DNA of 64,000 nucleotides from a bacterium (GTDB lineage Bacteria > Patescibacteriota > Patescibacteriia > Patescibacteriales > UBA12465), in NCBI GenBank assembly GCA_021806615.1, contig JAJZRB010000001.1, positions 10,754-74,753 of the forward strand, read 5' to 3'. This document shows, piece after piece, positions 8,533 through 16,361 of the stretch (within the stretch, counting starts at the first letter, position 1; each line of letters opens with the position of its first letter). Position numbers and translations under genes: made by a program. A model generated the notes under the pieces. That model saw only the letters and a list, made by a program, of their open reading frames with translations. It was not told the DNA's origin and searched no databases.

Positions 8533-9975
8533 TTATTTGATGATTTTTACTAGGCCTTCATTGGCGTCCACTTCCACTTCCTGCCCATCATATAGGTTCG
8601 CTAAGAGATGCGGGATGCCGACGATACAGGGGACCTTAAGCTCACGGGAAACAATGGCCGCGTGGGAGGTCAGGCCGCCAGTTTCTGTCAGAATAGCGCT
8701 GGCCTTGCCCATGATCGGAAGGTAGTTGACATTAGTGAATGGCGCGACCAGGATGCTGCCCGGCACGAATTTGCTGATCTGAGAAATATTCAAGACGACA
8801 TTGACGCGCCCCCGCACTACGCCCGGAGAAGCCGACCTGCCTTGCAAGGTTTTCCCCGGTGATAGGACGGCCCCTTTTATCAGGGCCGAATAAGAATCGG
8901 GCCCGTTATCAATGCGGCCGCTTTTGATAAGATAGATGAATTTCTTCCGCCGGAGATAATCCGATAGAGGCCGCTGCGAAGAAAAAATCTTCTCGAGATC
9001 CTGGGGGCGGCGCTGGTATAGCTCTCGCAATCGGGAAAAGACGAGACCCGGGAATCGCGCTTCAAACAGATGGCGCAAATAAATATTCACCTGGTTGAGA
9101 ATCAGTTTTTTCCTCTCGTTATAGATCCATAAGAAACTATGGACCGTATCTATTTCCCGCCGGGCGCGCGGCGGCAGAAGCTTTTCCAGCTCTTTGATAG
9201 CCCCGATCCTGGCCCGAGCCTGGCGCAAGTCTTTATTGATCTGCTTCTTGCTTAATTGTTTGATTTTGGCCGCTAGATATTTCTCATCGATAATATCGCC
9301 GATATAATCATGGACGAGCCAGTTCCAGCGCCGGGCCGCGGCCGCCAGGGATCTTTGGGATTTAATCCGGACTAAATCGCGCAAGAAATTCTCATAGTTG
9401 GTGTAACCGGGAGAAGTCAATAATAAATCTAATTTTTCATCGGTCGCTAAGGCGGCTTGATCCGATTGATAAAGCTGTTTTGCTATTCTTTCTTTAAAAT
9501 AATCAACGGCGTAAACCTGGAACAAGAATCCTGGAACGTCAGTTACATAACCATATTGGAAATATAGGTCTAGGATTCTATTGAATCTCTCTATGCCAAG
9601 CGTAGTCGCCCGCCCTTTATCAACCAAGTCGGAAACCGGAGTTTTTATAGCTTTTAGGAGCTCTTGCGATAATATTTTTTCTTTAGCTAATATTTGATTA
9701 AAAATCGCCTTGTTAGAAATCAATTTATCTATATATTCGATAGCGATAGGCTTTAAAGTGCGCGGGAAAAACCAATTAACTCCATCCGGGGTGATAACTA
9801 CGGCTAGAGTCTGCGGCTCATTGTCCAAAGAAAAAATATCAGAAAATTTTCGGCTATAGTTCCGGCCGACCTGGCAGATTGGAAAAAAGGGGGTGATAGA
9901 AGTCTTATAGACCAGCTCGAGATTTTCTAATTCTTTTCTTATCATCTCTTTATTTTTAAAACGCCGCGTTTTCAT
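8533..9975 (-). CDS. PEP-utilising-enzyme swivel-domain protein, paralogue 5 (most divergent)
   Basis: 480-aa ORF starting at ATG. The C-terminus reads FTNVNYLPIMGKASAILTETGGLTSHAAIVSRELKVPCIVG, with the His codon at 8662-8664. Confidence 0.8.
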   Translation of the reverse strand: MKTRRFKNKEMIRKELENLELVYKTSITPFFPICQVGRNYSRKFSDIFSLDNEPQTLAVVITPDGVNWFFPRTLKPIAIEYIDKLISNKAIFNQILAKEKILSQELLKAIKTPVSDLVDKGRATTLGIERFNRILDLYFQYGYVTDVPGFLFQVYAVDYFKERIAKQLYQSDQAALATDEKLDLLLTSPGYTNYENFLRDLVRIKSQRSLAAAARRWNWLVHDYIGDIIDEKYLAAKIKQLSKKQINKDLRQARARIGAIKELEKLLPPRARREIDTVHSFLWIYNERKKLILNQVNIYLRHLFEARFPGLVFSRLRELYQRRPQDLEKIFSSQRPLSDYLRRKKFIYLIKSGRIDNGPDSYSALIKGAVLSPGKTLQGRSASPGVVRGRVNVVLNISQISKFVPGSILVAPFTNVNYLPIMGKASAILTETGGLTSHAAIVSRELKVPCIVGIPHLLANLYDGQEVEVDANEGLVKIIK

Positions 9976-9976
9976 A

Positions 9977-11407
9977 TTATCTTAAGATTTTTATTGTCCC
10001 TCGACCCGCGTCCATTTCTACCTTATCCCCGTCTTTGAGGACCTGGGTCGCGTTCTTCGTCCCGACGATGCAGGGGATCTTCAATTCTCGGGCGATGATG
10101 GCCGCATGGCAAGTTATGCCGCCTTCGTCAGTTATAAGCGCCCCGGCTTTTTTCATAGCCGGGACATACTCGGGCGTAGTCATCGGACAGACCAGGATAT
10201 CGCCGGATTTAATCTTAGAAATGGCTTCTTTAAAACCGGCGCAAACCTTCACGCGGCCGCGAAATGACTTATTGATCACCCCGATGCCTTTCAATTCGGA
10301 CCCGAGATTCTTTCCGTCTTTAACATGCTGGCGGCGCAAATTTATGGCCTCCTGCCCGCTCCAGTTCCGGAATGTATGGAAGCAAACCAGGGCGGCCACC
10401 CCTCGGCGGCGATTCTCTACTTCCGGCGAATTTAATGGTTTGCCGCTTAAGAGTCCCCGGACCTCGCTGTGCCACAGCCAGACCAGATCTTCCGAACGCA
10501 GTCCGCGGCGACGCGCCACCTCCTGGAGCAAAAGATAAAAAGAATAGGCGGTCTTCGCCTGGACCTCCTTGCGCCGATCATGATAAAAGATATATTGGTC
10601 GCAGACTCCCAGCCAATATTTAGTATCCGCGCTTAATTTATACCTGTTAAAATATTTTTTACGCGCGGCACGATTAGTAGCGATAAAATTAAGCGCTTGA
10701 GATAGCTCTTGGCGCAGATTACCCCGCTCAGCTTGCCGCTTAACCCGATTGCGGAAATAACTTATGCTATGCGGCTTCATGTTTTCCCAACCCATATTGG
10801 TCCACCAAAAACGGGCGTAAATCCGCTTTATGGCTTCATCGGAATAATCACGCTGTAAAGCGGCCTTGATGATCATTATATCCTGCTTATTGATATAAGT
10901 GCGGCAGACCGGCTTCACTAGCTCCGCATAGACCTGGCCGGCTTCGGCCGGCGGCAGACCGGCAAGTTCAGATTCTATCTTGCCTCGGAGATAACCCTCT
11001 AAATAAAGGTCCACGATGTCAATTTCGCTATTCATCGTGAAATGAGCCGGCGTTATATCTTTTTCTAAATTTTCAAAGACGGATAATAACTCTTTATCGG
11101 ATAATTTCTTCAGGTTAGCCCCTTTCACTCGCGCGGCGGCACGCAGAGCTTTGATGATATTCTGATCTAATTTCTTGAAATACTGTTCTGTCCGATAAGG
11201 CGATTTCAAGATAACCAATAATCGGCGCCACATTTTCTTTAAATCATCTTCTTCCCACGCCCAGTATAATTTTTCGCCTTCGTTTATATAAAAAGTCCGA
11301 GGATGCTTGATACCGATAGGGTGGAATTCATGCTTAACGATGCCGGCGAAAGGTACGTCGGCTAAATAAGGCAGGATCGTTCCCCGTTTATAGAATAGCC
11401 AGGACAT
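9977..11407 (-). CDS. PEP-utilising-enzyme swivel-domain protein, paralogue 6
   Basis: 476-aa ORF starting at ATG, with its stop 1 nt before the start of paralogue 5. The C-terminus reads MTTPEYVPAMKKAGALITDEGGITCHAAIIARELKIPCIVGT, with the His codon at 10106-10108. Confidence 0.85.
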   Translation of the reverse strand: MSWLFYKRGTILPYLADVPFAGIVKHEFHPIGIKHPRTFYINEGEKLYWAWEEDDLKKMWRRLLVILKSPYRTEQYFKKLDQNIIKALRAAARVKGANLKKLSDKELLSVFENLEKDITPAHFTMNSEIDIVDLYLEGYLRGKIESELAGLPPAEAGQVYAELVKPVCRTYINKQDIMIIKAALQRDYSDEAIKRIYARFWWTNMGWENMKPHSISYFRNRVKRQAERGNLRQELSQALNFIATNRAARKKYFNRYKLSADTKYWLGVCDQYIFYHDRRKEVQAKTAYSFYLLLQEVARRRGLRSEDLVWLWHSEVRGLLSGKPLNSPEVENRRRGVAALVCFHTFRNWSGQEAINLRRQHVKDGKNLGSELKGIGVINKSFRGRVKVCAGFKEAISKIKSGDILVCPMTTPEYVPAMKKAGALITDEGGITCHAAIIARELKIPCIVGTKNATQVLKDGDKVEMDAGRGTIKILR

Positions 11408-11410
11408 AAA

Positions 11411-11848
11411 TTAATTTTTTAGCCTCCTTAAGCTGGACTTATATTTCTCCGGATGATAGGGTTTTAGTTTCACAACTTTACAAAAAAGGCGAAATTTTAC
11501 AATTTCGCTCTTTAATTGCGTCAAATTAACCTGTTGATCATAACCGAGAGCAATGACCTCCGGCCGATATTTCTTAATGACGAGCCAGCGGTTCTTCAAG
11601 CCCCCGAGGATCGCCCGTCCGACATGATGATTATCTTTTAAGAAGCGCCTGATGGCCCTGACTCGTTGTCTTTCATTCTCCTGCGGCAGCCGCCCTTTGA
11701 TTCTCAGGACATTTAAATCGCGCGCCACGACCACGATCAATTCCTCGCCGAAACGCCGGGCCTGGCGGAAATAATCCAGATGGCCCGGATGTAGATTATC
11801 AAAAGTTCCGAAAACCATGACACGACACATACGCGCATAAATTATCAT
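11411..11848 (-). CDS. cytidylyltransferase-like nucleotidyltransferase (RibL / archaeal-PPAT-like family)
   Basis: The motif VFGTFDNLHPGHLDYF (G-x-F-D-x-x-H-x-G-H) lies near the N-terminus of a ~140-aa protein. The ORF-track start at 11851 is TTG and the first ATG is at 11848. The internal ATGs (MCRV..., MVFG...) are also possible starts. Confidence 0.7.
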   Translation of the reverse strand: MIIYARMCRVMVFGTFDNLHPGHLDYFRQARRFGEELIVVVARDLNVLRIKGRLPQENERQRVRAIRRFLKDNHHVGRAILGGLKNRWLVIKKYRPEVIALGYDQQVNLTQLKSEIVKFRLFCKVVKLKPYHPEKYKSSLRRLKN

Positions 11849-11859
11849 CAAAGCTTAGA

Positions 11860-13011
11860 CTATCTGACCGCTTTTTTCAAGGCCGCTACCTTATCGGTCT
11901 TTTCCCAGGCAAAACCGTCGCGGCCAAAATGGCCGTAAGCCGCCGTGCGCAGGAACACCGGCTTCTTGAGCCCTAACTGGTCAATGATCGCTTTAGGACG
12001 AAAATCAAAGACTTTTTCTATAGCCCGCAATATCTTCTCTTCAGAGAATTTAGCGGTACCGAAAGTATCAATATAAATTCCGACCGGCTTGGCTACGCCG
12101 ATAGCATAGGCGACTTGCAATTCGCATTTGCCGGCTAAACCGGCGGCCACCACGTTCTTAGCGACATAACGGGCCATATAGGCGCCGCTCCGATCGACTT
12201 TAGACGCATCCTTGCCCGAGAAGCAGCCGCCGCCGTGCCGGGCTACGCCGCCATAAGTATCGACGATTATCTTGCGCCCGGTAAGCCCGGTGTCAGCGGC
12301 CGGACCGCCGAAAGTGAAAGCGCCGGTAGAATTGATGAATATTTTAGTCTTACTGTCTAATAATTTTCCCAATACCGGCTTGATGACTTTCTCTTTGATA
12401 TCGCGGCGGACTTTCTCTAATTTTACCTTATTGCTATGGCAAGCGGCGATAACCACGGTTTCTACCCGCTTCGCTTTGCCATCGTGGTACTCTACCGTGA
12501 CTTGGCTCTTGCCGTCCGGCTTTAAGTATGGCATGACTTTCTTCCTCCGGACCTCCGCGAGGCGGGCAGTGAGCTTGTGCGCCAACATAATGGGTAAAGG
12601 CATTAATTCCTTGGTTTCATTGGTCGCATAACCGTACATGAGGCCCTGATCGCCGGCTCCCTGCTCTTTATAATCGCCTTGTCCTTCATCGACGCCCTGG
12701 GAGATTTCCGCGCTCTGCGCATGGAGGGCGGAAACGATGCCCACGCTGTCGCAGTCAAAGCCGGATTCGGCCCCGTTATAGCCGATATTCTTCAGGACCC
12801 TCCGGACAAGATTATCAATCTGGATATATTCTTTGGTTCGGACCTCGCCGCCGACGACGACAAGCCCGTTAGTCACGAAACACTCCACCGCGGAATGGCT
12901 ATCTGGATCGTTTTTCAGCATCTCATCCAAGATCCCGTCGCTTAACTGATCGCAGACCTTATCTGGATGGCCTTCGGTCACCGACTCGGAAGTGATTAAT
13001 TTGATGTCCAT
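11860..13011 (-). CDS. metK: S-adenosylmethionine synthetase
   Basis: 383-aa ORF with [30 protein letters not shown] and DTYGG motifs over the full length. Confidence 0.97.
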   Translation of the reverse strand: MDIKLITSESVTEGHPDKVCDQLSDGILDEMLKNDPDSHSAVECFVTNGLVVVGGEVRTKEYIQIDNLVRRVLKNIGYNGAESGFDCDSVGIVSALHAQSAEISQGVDEGQGDYKEQGAGDQGLMYGYATNETKELMPLPIMLAHKLTARLAEVRRKKVMPYLKPDGKSQVTVEYHDGKAKRVETVVIAACHSNKVKLEKVRRDIKEKVIKPVLGKLLDSKTKIFINSTGAFTFGGPAADTGLTGRKIIVDTYGGVARHGGGCFSGKDASKVDRSGAYMARYVAKNVVAAGLAGKCELQVAYAIGVAKPVGIYIDTFGTAKFSEEKILRAIEKVFDFRPKAIIDQLGLKKPVFLRTAAYGHFGRDGFAWEKTDKVAALKKAVR

Positions 13012-13099
13012 ATTATTGGTTCCGCTCTGGTTGCGGAAATTAATTAGTATCGTTATTTATAAGATTTAAATAGCTGATTCTGGCATCCGTTTAAACCGG

Positions 13100-14353
13100 C
13101 TAAGTCCCTAATTCCCAAGAGGCGAGATACGCCGCCTGTTCTTTGCTTAATCTGTCTATACTCAGGCCCAGCGACTTCAGCTTCAAGGTGGCTACTTTCT
13201 TTTCAATGCTCTCCGGTACATTATGGACTGCGACCGCCAGCCGGCCGGCCTGCTTAACCACATATTGAGCGGCAAGCGCCTGGGTGGCGAAACTCATGTC
13301 CATGACGCTGGACGGATGCCCCTCGGCAGCCGCCAAATTGATTAATCGTCCTTCCGCCAAGACGTAGACGCGCTTACGGCCGACTAAATATTCATCCACC
13401 TGCGCGCTGACCCGCGTCACGCGGCTAGCGAGTTTCTTCAAAGCCGGAATATTTATTTCTACGTCAAAATGGCCGGAATTACAGACCATTGCGCCGTCTT
13501 TCATCAATTTGAAATGCTCTTTATCTATTACTTTCAAATCGCCGGTAATCGTGCAGAAAACATCGCCGATCTTGGCCGCTTCCTTCATAGGCATGACGTT
13601 AAAGCCGTCCATAGCCGCTTCCAAGGCTTTGATCTCATCTACTTCCGTTACGATGACTTTCGCCCCTAGGCCGCGGGCGCGCATAGCGAAGCCTCTTCCG
13701 CACCAGCCATAGCCGGCGACGACGATATTCTTGCCCGCCACTAATATGCCGGTCGCCCTGATGATGCCGTCTAAGGTGGATTGCCCCGTACCATAGCGGT
13801 TATCAAATAAGTTCTTAGTCTTAGCGTCGTTGACCGCGATGACCGGCAATAATAATTTTTTAGCCGCGGCCAAAGACCGGAGACGGATAACGCCTGTCGT
13901 CGTTTCTTCCATGCTGCCGAGGATATCTTTCGCCTGCGCCTTATATTTATTATGCAAAAGCGAAATCAAATCCGCGCCGTCGTCCATGGTTATCTGCGGT
14001 TTATTTTTCAGGGCCTGGTTCAAATGGCTATAATAAGTCTTGTGGTCTTCTCCGCGTATGGCCATGACTTTCAGCCCGTGGTTCTTAACGAGCGCCGCCG
14101 CGATATCGTCTTGGGTGGATAATGGATTAGAAGCGACTAGAGTAATGTCCGCGCCGCCCTCTTTGAGAGTCAGCATGAGGTTGGCTGTTTCGGCAGTAAC
14201 GTGCATACAGGCGGAAATCCGCTTATTCTTAAAAGGTTTGATTCTTTTAAATTCGCCTTTGATAATATCCAAAACCGGCATATCGCGGCCGGCCCACTCC
14301 AGGCGTTTCTCGCCGCTCGCGGCTAAATTTAAATCTTTAACATGATGCGTCAT
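13100..14353 (-). CDS. ahcY: adenosylhomocysteinase (short, archaeal-type length)
   Basis: 417-aa ORF. It carries the N-terminal [21 protein letters not shown], the NAD-binding AGYGWCGRG and HFDVEI motifs. Confidence 0.95.
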   Translation of the reverse strand: MTHHVKDLNLAASGEKRLEWAGRDMPVLDIIKGEFKRIKPFKNKRISACMHVTAETANLMLTLKEGGADITLVASNPLSTQDDIAAALVKNHGLKVMAIRGEDHKTYYSHLNQALKNKPQITMDDGADLISLLHNKYKAQAKDILGSMEETTTGVIRLRSLAAAKKLLLPVIAVNDAKTKNLFDNRYGTGQSTLDGIIRATGILVAGKNIVVAGYGWCGRGFAMRARGLGAKVIVTEVDEIKALEAAMDGFNVMPMKEAAKIGDVFCTITGDLKVIDKEHFKLMKDGAMVCNSGHFDVEINIPALKKLASRVTRVSAQVDEYLVGRKRVYVLAEGRLINLAAAEGHPSSVMDMSFATQALAAQYVVKQAGRLAVAVHNVPESIEKKVATLKLKSLGLSIDRLSKEQAAYLASWELGT

Positions 14354-14401
14354 ATCTTTTACGAAATTATTATCACTATAAGCCAGTCGCCTGGCCTTAA
14401 A

Positions 14402-15361
14402 TTAAATTGCTAATTTTTCTTGAAAATTATCTTGGTATCTTTTTCTGAATTCAGACAGAGTGAACCGGTGCGTCTGGGTGCCGAATCTTTCGACCGTATA
14501 AACCGCCGCGAGCGCGCCTAACTGGCCGCAAGTCTTTAGATTATAGCCCTTAATCAGGCCTTTTATCAAGCCGGCGCGATAAGCGTCGCCGGCGCCGGTC
14601 GGATCGCTTACGTTCTTGGGCTTAGCGGCTTTGATGCTTATCTTCTCCGCCCCGCGATAAAGATCCGACCCCTCGCTTCCCTTGGTAATGGCTAGGATTT
14701 CCACCATCATGACGAGCTTAGACAAACTGAGGCCGAGCTTATCAATGATCAGCTTGATCTCATAATCATTCCCGATAAGGATTCGGGCGCCGTAAATAGC
14801 CTGGCGCAATTCTGCCAGTGAAAAAGCGATGAGGGCTTGCCCGGGATCAAAGATATAAGGAATATGGTTTTTTTTATAAACGGCGATATAATCTAGCATC
14901 CGCTTTTTATCGTCTGGAGCGACAATAGCTAGCTCTATATTCTTCAAGCTCTCGGCAGCTCGCCTAGCGTAGCGCGGCGGCAAAGGACCGGGATAAAAAG
15001 CCGCTATCTGATTGTCGGCTTTATCCGTAATTATATAGGCGGCGGCAGTCCGGTCGGTAGCGACATTCGCTATTTTACGAGAATCGATCTTTTTCAGGTC
15101 CAGCCACTTCTTATAATCTAAAAAATCCGAACCGGCTACCCCGAGGATAGTCGGCCGTTCTTGTAATAAGCTTAGGTTGTAGGCGATATTGCCGGCGGTG
15201 CCGCCGAAACTCTGTCTGCTGCCTGAGAGAAAGAAACTGAGATTTAAATTATGTATTTGATCGGGCAGGATGTGATCAGAGAATTTTCCCGGGAAATCCA
15301 TAATCTGATCGTAAGCTAAGGAACCGGAAACAGCAATACGAGCCAGGCTATTTTCTAACAT
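14402..15361 (-). CDS. PfkB-family carbohydrate/nucleoside kinase (adenosine-kinase-like)
   Basis: 319-aa ORF with an N-terminal GGTAGNIAYNL motif and the C-terminal PfkB signature DPTGAGDAYRAGLIKG. The adenosine-kinase assignment is inferred from adjacency to ahcY and metK. Confidence 0.75.
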   Translation of the reverse strand: MLENSLARIAVSGSLAYDQIMDFPGKFSDHILPDQIHNLNLSFFLSGSRQSFGGTAGNIAYNLSLLQERPTILGVAGSDFLDYKKWLDLKKIDSRKIANVATDRTAAAYIITDKADNQIAAFYPGPLPPRYARRAAESLKNIELAIVAPDDKKRMLDYIAVYKKNHIPYIFDPGQALIAFSLAELRQAIYGARILIGNDYEIKLIIDKLGLSLSKLVMMVEILAITKGSEGSDLYRGAEKISIKAAKPKNVSDPTGAGDAYRAGLIKGLIKGYNLKTCGQLGALAAVYTVERFGTQTHRFTLSEFRKRYQDNFQEKLAI

Positions 15362-16343
15362 TGGTTTTCTGCTGAGCTTTTTTAAGTTCTAAGACTTTCA
15401 ACCGGCTGATTTCCTGGCTGATCGCCTTATGCTCCAAGCTGGAAGAAGGATAATTATCCAGGGCCCGCTCTAATTCGGCTATAGGGCTGAGCGGCGCGGC
15501 CGGGGCCGGAGAAGCTGGCCGGGCGGCAGCCGGAGCGGCGGAAACGGCCGGAGCGGCCGGAACAGCTATCGGGCCGCCGGTGATTAACGCGGCCTGCTTA
15601 TAGGCTTGAGCGATATCTGCTCCGATCTTTTCAGGCTGTCCCTCCCTGATTATCTGCAGTTCTCCGTCTGGCAAAATCGCGCCGAAATCTTCCTCATAGG
15701 TCGGAAATTCCACGGATGAGATCTTTAAATTCTCAAAAAAACTGAAGATCTTCTTTAATTGGATTTTCTTCTCTTCAGATAAGGCCTTGATATTGCTGCT
15801 ATTTATCAGATATTCGTTTACCTTCAAGGGATCGGCTTTTTCTATGCCGACCTTCATATAATAATCTTTAAGCCAGTTGGCGATGGTCGCTTCCTGGTTC
15901 AAGCCGCTTATATTTATCTTGCTGGGGCCGAAAGTCGCCTGGCATTTAAGCAGGGCGTCCCGTAGATTTTTCTTAAAAATATCGCGCTGCTCCAGATCCA
16001 AGATATTTGTTATCTTGTATCTTACTTTGCGCTCTAAGTCGTAATTCGGATGTTCCAGGACGAATTTGAATTCATCATGGAGAAGCTGGACAATCTCCTT
16101 TTCTTCCAGCTCATATAAAATGACATATTCGGCCGCGACCAAATATCCATGATAAATCGAAAAGGCTGACGGGGATATTTTTTTCAGGTCAGGAAGGGCG
16201 GCAAAAATCTCCGCTAAGACCGTCAGGAATCTCTTGGCTTCCCCGATATCGTCGGCGGAGACGATATAATCGCAAGTCTGGTCGAGCTGGCGGACCAACT
16301 CGGGGCTGTCTAGATATAATTGTGCTGATTTTGTTTGGTTCAT
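15348..16343 (-). CDS. hypothetical protein with an Ala/Pro-rich linker
   Basis: 331-aa ORF starting at ATG, with its stop overlapping the kinase start by 14 nt. It contains the low-complexity stretch VPAAPAVSAAPAAARPASPAPAAP. No recognisable domain. Confidence 0.6.
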   Translation of the reverse strand: MNQTKSAQLYLDSPELVRQLDQTCDYIVSADDIGEAKRFLTVLAEIFAALPDLKKISPSAFSIYHGYLVAAEYVILYELEEKEIVQLLHDEFKFVLEHPNYDLERKVRYKITNILDLEQRDIFKKNLRDALLKCQATFGPSKINISGLNQEATIANWLKDYYMKVGIEKADPLKVNEYLINSSNIKALSEEKKIQLKKIFSFFENLKISSVEFPTYEEDFGAILPDGELQIIREGQPEKIGADIAQAYKQAALITGGPIAVPAAPAVSAAPAAARPASPAPAAPLSPIAELERALDNYPSSSLEHKAISQEISRLKVLELKKAQQKTNVRK

Positions 16344-16361
16344 AAAAACCTAGTGATCTTC

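Noticed and set aside
196-10538. Many plus-strand ORFs lie opposite the swivel-domain genes (e.g. 196-660, 1725-2051, 4840-5037, 8537-8725, 10035-10538). Several share a recurring peptide of the form ...RETMAAWQVMPPSSV...
   Set aside because: They are antisense shadows of the conserved TDEGGITxHAAIVSREL coding segment on the minus strand. The same DNA is conserved among the paralogues, which is why the shadow peptide repeats. They have no independent start or RBS context, and the minus-strand frames have clear family motifs.
11849-11851. Non-ATG starts are reported as M by the ORF track: TTG at 11851, GTG at 28197 and TTG at 61068.
   Set aside because: Each has an in-frame ATG 1-3 codons downstream (11848, 28194, 61059). 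I used the ATG, but the alternative start cannot be excluded from sequence alone.
13012-13099. I considered a SAM or SAH riboswitch upstream of metK (88-nt gap, hairpin TTCCGC-n7-GCGGAA at 13020-13038) and upstream of ahcY (48-nt gap at 14354-14401).
   Set aside because: The gaps are too short for SAM-I or SAH riboswitch architectures. I could not match any riboswitch consensus by eye, and only a single 6-bp hairpin is present. An Infernal/Rfam scan would be the decisive check.
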